Below are positions 54,314-64,000 of a stretch of 64,000 nt of DNA, one piece after another. A model generated the notes under the pieces. That model made no database searches. It saw only the letters and a list, made by a program, of their open reading frames with translations, and was not told the DNA's origin. Origin of the DNA: Lingula anatina. Its lineage: Eukaryota; Animalia; Brachiopoda. Both the position numbers and the translations under genes were made by a program. Position 1 is the stretch's first letter. Every line of letters starts with the position of its first letter. The stretch spans positions 16,678,001-16,742,000 of the forward strand of contig CM120645.1 in assembly GCA_051362555.1 (NCBI GenBank), written 5' to 3'.

Positions 54314-55162
54314 ACACACACACTTCCATCTCGTGAGACTGATGTGACTGGAAAAAGTGACGGGAGTGAGCTCCCCCCTCTTTCATCCACCCAACCCTGC
54401 CCCTTGTGCCGCTACTGGATTCATACTCCGCATTTTTCTATGAACAGCGAAACAGTTTCCACGGTCTGCAACATTGTGGGGAGAGTCAGAAGAATATAGA
54501 TTCTGACATAATGTCTGCAAATTTTTAAGTCTCAAAATTGAAGAAGTCGATTAGCTTTTAGCCCTTTAAAAACTGTTCAATATACTCTCTTTTAAGCGGT
54601 TCCAAGAGTCTCAAATATTTTGCTGGCATCTTGATAATTTTCTCTTTCGTGCCTCCCCAAAAACCGTCCATACGCAAAAAATCGATAATCGTATGGGATT
54701 TTTCTACAGACAATTGACCTACTTTGGGCCAGTGCAGTTATCGGCGCTATTTAACAATTTTATAACTTTGGCGTGGAAACATGATTCACAACTGTGATAT
54801 GAAAGTTTTTACTATGATGTGATTAATAAACAGCGCGTGTCGATCAAATCTTTAAAGTTTGTTAGCGCAAGGAGGCATTGCCGTTTAAGGATAATACAAA
54901 ATATGTACACAACTCAAAACCAATAAAAAATGCATTTTTCTCTTATATGCAAATTAGATTGCCTCGGGTAATAAACTGGCCGGAAGTGATGTTCATCAAC
55001 ACATTCTAAACGACGCTGCAAAGGAAGTTGTCAGACATAAGTATTTTGGAACATTTCAAAGAAATACAAAAAAGTTTCCAAAAACAAGGGAAATATTTTT
55101 AAAAAAGTTATCATAAATGGTTTATATGTTCAACAAATAAACATATTCTCTTTTAGATTTAA

Positions 55163-55295
55163 ACCCCTCTTTACACTGTCCTCTCTGTGTCCTTTGTGCG
55201 ATCATGAAACTGGTATCGCTATGGTCGTAGAAAGGAGGCACAAGCAGAATGAATGTTCAATGACTGGCCAGTTGTCGGCACGTAAAGAATTATTT

Positions 55296-55326
<31 letters not shown>

Positions 55327-55403
55327 TTTTTTGTTTGTTTTACTCTCAAACGGGGTCGTACTACGGGACGCAGAAAGGACGCCGTCCAGTGTGAAAGGGG
55401 GCT
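55163..55403. mobile_element. Tourist-like MITE
   Basis: ACCCCTCTTTACACTG...CAGTGTGAAAGGGGGCT with TAA on both flanks. Confidence 0.6.
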
Positions 55404-55993
55404 TAACAGCACAAAACTGAAGTTGATTTGAATTTGTGCCATTAAAATCTATTGAATAAAATGCTTAGCGAACCAAAGAAAATATCTGATTCCTTTACTT
55501 ACTTGTACATTCACTAATGTAGACAAATAAAATCCGGCGAAACATGCATGTGTTTGCACTGACCGATACCCCAGCCAATGTTGTCCAATTTCAAGTTCCT
55601 CATTTTTGGAATAATTCTCCCTCAAAACAAACTCTCCCAAGTCAGGAATATTATTTCAAATAAATGACATATTGAATGAAATCAAAGAGTTCATTATGTT
55701 TGAGTAATACTGCTTATGGACTAAGAAAGTGTGCATTGGTATTTCGAAAAATACCAAGGCTTGGTCTTTGAAATTCTCCCCCCCCCCCGCCCCCCCACCC
55801 CTTTCTACTGCTACCATTCAAATAAAGACCGCTTTCAATACTCATGGTGTAGTGTGCGTCAGAAGTTAACTCATTAAATATACATTTGCAAATATACGTA
55901 AATAACATAGTGTTAACAACATATTTTTAAAATCTGGGAGAACAAAAATAGCACAGATAAGAGATCTGAATATCAAACCAGTTCAAAACATGT

Positions 55994-56063
55994 TCCGTCG
56001 GCCGGGAAGCGCATCCGGGCCGCCCGGTGGCAGGCGAGCATTCTACCACTGAACTACCGATGC
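55994..56063 (-). pseudogene. tRNA-Gly(GCC) pseudogene
   Basis: Minus strand reads GCATCGGTAGTTCAGTGGTAGAATGCTCGCCTGCCACCGGGCGGCCCGGATGCGCTTCCCGGCCGACGGA, matching invertebrate tRNA-Gly-GCC. It has a broken T-loop/B-box, a 1-nt deletion in the anticodon stem and acceptor-stem mismatches. TTTT follows a few nt downstream. Confidence 0.85.
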
Positions 56064-56396
56064 GCACATCGTTCAAAGAAATTAAGACATCCGTCGGTCC
56101 TCTCCCTCCTTTTCAAACAATGTTGTTGTCAAACTCAGCTCAAAGCCAGGATCCGGTGGGGCAACACACAGGATCCGGTGGGACAAAATTGTGAATACGA
56201 CAAACATATCACAATATTTTTTCAATTCAATTTTTTTTTAATTTTAAATACCAATATGCCCTTTTCTTTGAAATACCAATTTACATCTTAATTTCTGTGG
56301 GACGCAGCATTTCACCGGATCCAGAGATATTTTCTGACAGTCTTCCAAGTTATCTTTGTTGGCTCATCCTCAACATCCCCATCCCCACGCTCTCTC

Positions 56397-56471
<75 letters not shown>

Positions 56472-57363
56472 TATGATAGGTAACAAGTGCGTAACAGTGT
56501 GTAACCTTGTGTATTTTGAGAAAATTCGATATGACCATAACTTGCCATTGGGCATGGGTTCTAGCTACCGTTTGGCAGATAAACACTTGTTACTTACCAT
56601 ACATATATCATAGGGTCATTGGTGATATAAAAACACCGAGAAACAAACTAAATTTTGTAATGGCTAGTAGTTGACATCCAGATATTTATATAGCATTCTT
56701 CCAAAATACCCAAGGATACACGCTTGTTACCCGCCCGATATGTATAAAAAGTTTAAAAAGGATGTTGACACCGCTGAGAGAAAAAAACTTTGTCCGTGAA
56801 ATTCCAACCTGACTAAAAATTCAAATTATGAAATAAAAGGACAATATCATGCACCAATATAAATAAAGTATATTGTTCGTTTGTGTGTGTTGTCTGAATT
56901 CAAGCCGACTACATCAAATTTTAATAAACTTCATCATATGCCATTATTGCATGCTAGTAAGTTGCTTGTATCCATGGAAGCCGACTATATGCTGATTTGC
57001 ACTATCATCAATTATGATAAGAGTCAATTTATCATTTTTGATGCAGATATATTTGCAAAAATATTAATATTTGTTACGTTTTTGCTTTAGTCAGTAAAAC
57101 ATAGAAACGTGCATAGACAGTTATGACTTAGAAAATTTTTAGTGTCCAAGCCCTCATGGAAACTTCCAGATAAGCTGGATTGAAACATTTAAGTGTGAAA
57201 CTTTATGTTTACTGTCAAATATTACCATAAAATTTGCGAGCATAAAGGATATATTGATATATTGATATGAGGATAGGATGATAACCAGTCATTAGACCAA
57301 AACTATTCAAGGATGCATTTTGTCTCCAATTCGACATTGATTGAAATGGTCAATATTATGCAC

Positions 57364-58220
57364 GGTATCAGGACAATTCCCCCCGGACAATTCCCCCCCG
57401 GACTATTCCCCCCGGACAATTCCCCCCCGGACGATCCCCCCCCCCCCCCCGAATAATATATATTTATATTCAAATATAAAGTAAAGAGTACAAAGTTCAA
57501 ATCTTTTTATCCATTTTCTGAATATTTCTTAGTGTGATGATGCAACTGGAGGATAAATAATATTAATTTCATTAAACGAATTACTTTAATGGAGAAGTAA
57601 AGAACATTTTATTAAAAATCTGATCAAAGTTTATCTCCAGGTAAAGGAGGGGTACACAGATGTTCTCACTCATCCAGGTAACCCTTTGATGAATTAACTG
57701 TTACTTTTAATTGCTTAATTACCCTCCCCCCCCCCTTGATTAAGTAAGTCTTGAATCAAGGTGCACCTCTAGATAGAGGTGGGGTAAACAGATTTTCTCG
57801 CTTATCCAGTTATCCCTTTGACTATTTGTCACTTTTAATTGCTTGACCATTACCCACCACCCACCACACTAAAAATATTCATAAAATATCTGTTTACCTG
57901 TTCATCTGTTTACCCCACCTTTACCTGAAGGATAGGTGGTTATACTTTGATTAGATATTTAATAAATCTTTCTGTACTTGTACTCAATGAAAAAGGAATT
58001 TGTTATAAAATAATTTGTTTCATGATGAAGCTGTATTTTCACACTAAAAATATTAATGAAAAAGAAAGAAATGTTTTTAACTTTACACTTTCTACTTTAT
58101 ATTTGTATATAAATATATATTTCTTGGGGGGGAATCGTCGGGGGGGGATTGTCCTGGGGGGGGAATTGTCCGGGGGGAATAGTCCTGGGGGGAATTGTCC
58201 GGGGGGGAATTGTCCTAGAA
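57364..58220. mobile_element. Foldback-type element with about 300-bp degenerate inverted arms containing GGACAATTCCCCCC tandem repeats
   Basis: 57370-57450 is the inverted match of 58125-58216; adjacent AT-rich arms are also inverted-similar. Confidence 0.72.
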
Positions 58221-58568
58221 TAATTTTGCACGTCTCAGTACGCATACAAATCATAAAGTGACACAAGTCCGCCCCCCTCATGGTGGACACTCCCAATAAG
58301 TCCATATAATCAAGATCTAACAAATTACTAGCTTGAAGCAAAGGTCATGAAATTTTGAACTGCTAGGTGAGAATATTATCTGAAACTACTTATACATCTT
58401 AACTTTCCATATGTGAATTTTATCAGAAAAAGACTACCACTGATAGTATCATGTATAAAAATTAAAAAAAAAAACATTTCAGGGACCCGATTTACTAACA
58501 GCAAAGTTTACATTACAATGTTTTGCACGGAAAAAGTAAATTATGGCATGACTATTATCATCATTATT

Positions 58569-59742
58569 TTATAGTTTTCCTTTCTTAATTAATGTACGAG
58601 TCATTTTAAATACACTTCTCAACAAATGACCTCGCCCGACAAAAAACACCTCATCCAACGGTGTGCCCCCAATCCGTTCAATAAAGAAAGCGTTCACGGC
58701 GCTGTTGCTACTTTCTCCATCTTGCAAAGTATGAGCACACTGGTAACTTCCTCCTCCTTCCTTCTTGCTAGAATCTTTCACAACAAACGTGTCCTGGTCA
58801 AAAGTTGCCAGGCTGCTCATGCCCATGTCTGGTTTGTGGCAGTTAATAACGTGGTTGGCGATGAGCACGTGTTCTTCACTGGGACGCGCCTCGGGAATGC
58901 TGTAGTCTGGGAACGGGTCTTCCAGTATATGACAAAGTAAGCGATAACCGCTCGGGGAGGCCCCGATATCTGTGGCGATGTAGGCAGTAATGAAATAATC
59001 AAAACTTAATAGCAGCAAATTTAGCGCTGTGAATTTTTGAAGTCCTTTCCGTTTCATTGCGCTTATAACCATCACTAAGCCTACGTGGAATATAAGCGTG
59101 TTGTTATCCGGCAGCTGCTGAACCTTCAGTATCGCCTGAAAAATAGAACAACCAAAAAGATTTTTAAAAGGTGATTAAAAATAAAAATGATTGGAAATAA
59201 CAAATCAAATAAAACGAATAGAAAAGGCTTAGGTGAACGTGGTTATCGTCTTGACAAACAGAAAATCAGAATTGGTAGGCTAGGACCCAATAATTACGTC
59301 TAAACATTGAACACGTTGAATGGGTCCTGGTTTCTGGGTGCAGGTATATTTAGGTACGCTTGTTATATAAAGAGGAACTATGGATAACAAAAAACGAGTT
59401 CAGAACGGACGCTTACACTAGGAGAGAGAGAGAGAGAGAGAGACTCACATGAAACATAACAGGTTTCCCCTGTTTATAGATGATGATTATTATTCGTCTT
59501 CGTAAAGCCTCGACGTCTCCATGAAGCATTGTATGAGTAAACAGCGATCCCACGGAATTCATGGAAATAGCCTGCATTTCTGCTATAATAGTTTCAGCTA
59601 TTTTCCCATAGGGTTCAACCCATCTTCTCATTGTCAGTCCACTCGTTAGGGGTAGACTCGTCCCATTCCGTGTTGCCTTGAGAAGGGCTAAGGCAGCGAA
59701 TAGAAATAAGAAGAAAACTAAGATGAGTATCTCTTTCCACAT
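58569..59742 (-). CDS. Two-exon 286-aa uncharacterised protein with N-terminal hydrophobic anchor and putative GNAT-like acyltransferase fold
   Basis: Exon 1 59742-59449 (ATG...CAT|gtgagt) joins exon 2 59135-58569 (tttttcag|GCG...TAA) in phase 0 with no internal stops. HVGLVMVISAMKRKGLQK resembles GNAT motif A. The product call is inference. Confidence 0.75.
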
Positions 59743-60542
59743 TGCAATCTAGATATGTTGAATGCTAATGTTGAGCTTCTTAATTAAGCCAGATTCGCCA
59801 AAAACGTCAAGGTCAAATAAGCCTAATTATCGGCAATATAAGTTAAAAGGTATTAATGGTTCAGAAAAGATAAAGAGTTTTGCTTTTTACTGACGACTTA
59901 CGAAAATTTGACACACGTAGAGTGCTTAACGAACTTGAATATTTCTTATTTATAATCTTTTAATCGAAATCTATAAACCGAAATTACACCCGAGAAAAGT
60001 TGAAATGGTTTGAAACGATATCGAGGGGCACCTTATAAACTATTGATAAACTTTGACTTGTGGCTAGTTTTACTTGTGGTAATACGGTGTTTTCCGAATC
60101 TTTTGTTACACTTTTCTATATTTGTAAGTTTTGCAAAAATTGTGTAAAAAAAGTACTTATCAAGCATTCAGAGAGTGCAGACCTCCACACACACAACTCA
60201 ATTTTCATTCACATTCTTCTAAATAAACATTTATTAATTAGGTAATTAATTTTGGTTGTCTCAATGCTAATTGATCAGCTAAATGGTCATCATTATTTTT
60301 TATTACTTTATAAAATAACTGACTACTTAATCACCATCCAAATACAGCCCATTTCTGACCTATCCTGAGTTTTATCAAAATCCCTCCATAACTTTTTGCA
60401 TCACGATGCTACCATATACCAGACAGATAGACGAATAATTGAATTATAATTGACCATTGATTAAAAGTAAAAGTCAGGAAGTCAAAGTAAAGTTAACTTC
60501 TGCTGTACCACACTGCAGGTGCTTCGCAGCGCGGCTGTCAGA

Positions 60543-60779
60543 AGCCTAGGTCCCAACCGAACGTACGGGCTGCTACGTGTGGTCAACGGCCATAAAAATG
60601 GGGAAAACGTGGGAGTTCGTGCGTGAGGAGCACGTCCATCGTGCGACTTTTGGAGGACGCAAACAGCACGTAGAAACTTTTCACCAATTACTTGATTTCT
60701 TCCCTGCGATCTAGCTACACCTAGCCGGACGCAAGGAACCTAAAAACCGTGCGTCCAAAACGTAGTTGGGACCTAGGCT
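60543..60779. mobile_element. MITE with 15-bp TIRs and 3-bp TSD
   Basis: AGCCTAGGTCCCAAC...GTTGGGACCTAGGCT flanked by AGA on both sides. Confidence 0.75.
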
Positions 60780-61649
60780 AGACGCATGGTCATTTTTGGC
60801 CCTGTTGAAAATAAACATTACCCATGGTAAGCAGACCTAATACAAAATCTGTTACACTCTACAACAGATATAACAATAAAATACCAATTTTAGAACACAT
60901 CATATTGATAGGGCCTATGTCTTGGTGACGTCTCAATATCCACCACAGCCCCAGTGTGTGCGGACACAGTCTGATATGAGGCGTGGCTTCTTGTTAACAA
61001 GGCTAGTAAGATATTTTTATTGAATTCTCCACTGTTATCTGTTCACAAAGGCAGGTCGTAATTCATCTACCGTACCGTTCTTGGAGATATAAATTACTCC
61101 TCAGCACTGCAAAGTAGTAGGCCTACTTAATAACCTTGAGCGCGTTACACGTCACAGGTCTTGCGTAACTACCCACGTGCTCTATGGGCATCATGGCGCC
61201 TGTTGTGTGACCAAAACGTTGTGTTGATGCGCGAAATCAGTGTTCACGCAGGACTTACGAGGGTATGGTCTAAGGGAAAAATCTAAAGTGTACCAACTTT
61301 TTTGATGAACAGTGTAGTTTACCGCGGACAATGAGTGTCCCACATGCTATAAATTACAATTCTGAGTTCACCTATTTGCATGGGAAATCCTGCTCTGGGC
61401 GATGACAGCTGAGTGAAGAGATAAATCACATGCAAAAATTTTCACTGGAGTCAGTAGAAAAACATTGTCATGAATAACTCAGAGACATAATTGTGAATGT
61501 CTAGTGAAAAATCAATCTGTGACCCTGGTAGAGGGAAGCTCCACCCCGTCCCCGTGCCTCTGACGCCCGAACTAGCCGTATCATCATCAACTTTTGAACC
61601 CACACTAGATCTCCCTTAGCAAAATTTTAAGCTTCCCGCACACTGTTTC

Positions 61650-61712
61650 TGCGTATGCGCAGCACATTCACAGTAAGGGTTTCTGCGCATGCGCAGCACG
61701 CCTTATTTGCAT
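61650..61712. promoter_or_regulatory. NRF1-type sites and octamer motif cluster
   Basis: TGCGTATGCGCA at 61650, TGCGCATGCGCA at 61684, ATTTGCAT at 61705 (another at 61374); target gene unknown. Confidence 0.35.
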
Positions 61713-61723
61713 GGTAAAATACG

Positions 61724-61912
61724 CACCTCCCGCACACTCCTTGCACATCTCCTGCACACTTCCTGCACACCTCCAACACCACCACCAGCACACTTCTTGC
61801 ATACCTCCTGCGTACTTCTTGTACACCTTCTGCGTACTTTTTGCACACCTCCTGCATACTTTTTGCACGCCTCCTGCGCACTTTTTGCATACCTTTCTGC
61901 ACGTTTCCTACA
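61724..61912. repeat. Degenerate 11-bp minisatellite (CACCTCCTGCA)
   Basis: Recurrent cacct/ctcctgca units; explains the overlapping spurious ORFs. Confidence 0.8.
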
Positions 61913-63300
61913 CACTAATTTAAATATTTTATAACACAATTTAAATTTTACTCGCTTGTTTTTCAATCAATTGATATTAATTCTACAAAGACAGGTTTTG
62001 AGTTTCATTTGAAGACATGTGCCAACATCTTAAAATTTTATTTCTCATGTTAGAAAAGTAAATATTATCCTTTGGAAACTGTACTGTCACTGAACAGAAA
62101 TATTGTTAAATCTGTTTATCAACAAAAAACAAGAAATTACAGTCATATATTGTGCTTTATTAATCAAATTAAAAAATCGAACAAAATCAGCAAAATTCAA
62201 GCCATGTCCATATTTCTCTTCTTTTCATCTTTTGCCACATTTCTCTTCTTTACTCATCCTGTCTTGCTCTGTCCATCTAAAAAAAAAGAGTATACCATAA
62301 AGTCCTATAAATTCACCGCACAGCACAATGCTAAACATCCAAATCTTAAACGACCACGTGGAGGACAAAAAACATTTCAAAATACATATTTCTGTTTGAT
62401 AAGTCCTAAAATCAAGTTCAAGTGTTTAGTGTTCATATAAAGAAAAGGTAGAAAGCTAGGCAGAAAAAATGTATTGGATATTTAAAAAAAAAACAAAGTG
62501 CTAAAACTGCTTTGAAGAATACTTTATATACATTCCTCACACATCTACGTGATGTTGATATGTCTTAGGGTTTATGGCTGCATTCACTTATTCTCTTACT
62601 TTATACTTGAGAATAATAACAAAATATAATTAGCTTACAGTAAGTGATGTTCTATTTTAAAACTTACTCTGCACAGCTCTTTCATCTAGAGAATCCTTCA
62701 CAAAAGAAACTATTGCTGACAGTTCCTGTGGGCTGAAAAAACTCTCTAGTAACTTCTTTATCACAAAGGGACTTGACTTTTTTGGTATACTTTGTGAGAG
62801 TTTCAATGAGCCACCAACTATAGATATTCACAGCAAAGTCTGTCATGCCAGTCTTGTCATGCCAGGTTCTGTATGTTGTCTACTCTCTAGGATCACCTGA
62901 AGTAAACAATTATTCAACAAATATCCATTTGTTCAAGTAACACAGTAAGGACAGATTATATTATATAGATAACTTTTAATAAACAACAAACCAAAAATTA
63001 AATGAAATGCAAATCTGTTTTATAAGAAATGAAGAGACTAAACAGAAATTGCATTCTGTATCCTTGTTTCTTTGTTGGCTAAAAGGGAAGTGCATACATT
63101 ATAAATTATAACTTATTTAATGTAATATAGATTTAATGTTTACAATGTACGCTACAAATTAGATCTTTTTTTTATTTTCAATTTGATTAGATGCCCAAAT
63201 GATCCAATGCATCACTGTAATACACATCTTCCTCAATCCAATTTTTCTACACTGTGTACTCTTCCACTATGCTCCTGAATTAAAACTGGCTTGATAGTTA

Positions 63301-63515
63301 GGCTCTGTTCTCACAACTTTTAGATCGATCTGTCACCGCGGGGAGTCTCACTAGATTACTGTCAGATAATCCCCCTTAAGTGTCCGTCCCCGCCTACTAC
63401 AAGCTTTAAGGGGTAATTAACTTTCGTGTCCGCCCGGCTGACAGCTATTTAGCGTGAACCCCCAGGGAGTTAGGTCGATCCAATGTAGGTCGATCTAATC
63501 TATGAGAATGGGGTG
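63301..63515. mobile_element. Tourist-like MITE, about 215 bp, copy 2
   Basis: TTA on both flanks; matches 48569-48783. Confidence 0.82.
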
Positions 63516-63674
63516 TTACTATACAGCCTTCACTCATTTGTTGCTTGTCTCATATAAACAAAGACTTACACAGGATACCACACCACTGGTAACACCAAAT
63601 AGGTGGTTACTGTAATATAATTGGTAACAATAGCTACATGAACAGGGGGTCATGCCGGTTGCATGCCTATACGT

Positions 63675-63852
63675 CCCCGCACCGATACTCCCCCGCTTCT
63701 TAACATCCCCTCACCAAAACTTCCCCGCACCGATATTCCCCCGCTTCTTTACACCCCCGCACCGATACTCCCTCGCACCGAAACTCCAACGCTTCTTTAC
63801 ATCCTCGCATCGATACTCCCCCGCACTCATACTCCCGCGTACCGATACTACG
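63675..63852. repeat. Degenerate 16-17-bp tandem repeat (CCCCGCACCGATACTC), probably a transposon subterminal array
   Basis: About 10 units visible. Confidence 0.75.
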
Positions 63853-64000
63853 CAAAAACACTACTCCCCCAAGGCATAGATTCCCTTGGCTTTGTTAACA
63901 CAATTCGTGATTCAAAACCCTTTCTATAATGGTTTGTTTTTTTAAAGATGCACCACCCTCTTGGGACCCAAAATTGACGCATTGTATTCGAAATATATGG

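Noticed and set aside
58626-59002. Overlapping ORFs at 58626-58940 (+) and 58817-59002 (-)
   Set aside because: Antisense or shifted frames of the GNAT-like exon 2
61627-61966. Cluster of Cys/Arg-rich ORFs
   Set aside because: Product of the 11-bp minisatellite

Overview
AT-rich, intron-rich animal genomic DNA, probably from a lophotrochozoan such as a mollusc (inferred from gene structure and repeat types). Three protein-coding genes can be reconstructed with phase-consistent GT-AG splicing. (1) A Rab GDP-dissociation inhibitor on + (coding exons 2-10, 706-19057; exon 1 lies outside the window). (2) A complete polybromo-1/PBRM1 on - (35 core coding exons, 51020-21582, about 1816 aa; six bromodomains, two BAH domains, HMG box), convergent with GDI. 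(3) A compact two-exon 286-aa GNAT-like gene with an N-terminal hydrophobic anchor on - (59742-58569), which I do not recognise as a standard animal gene and flag as a horizontal-transfer candidate. The introns hold three families of non-autonomous Helentron-type elements (HINE/DINE-1-like). One carries a 16 x 146-bp satellite in which most monomers contain a nuclear-receptor DR1 motif. Another forms a three-level nest inserted into a GDI polypyrimidine tract and appears to supply the branch point. Also present: several MITEs (Tourist-like, TTAA-type, hAT-like), a tRNA-Gly(GCC) pseudogene, candidate PBRM1 cassette exons/microexons, and NRF1-type promoter palindromes. Most ORF-track entries are spurious or partial exons. 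All family assignments come from pattern recognition; no searches were run.
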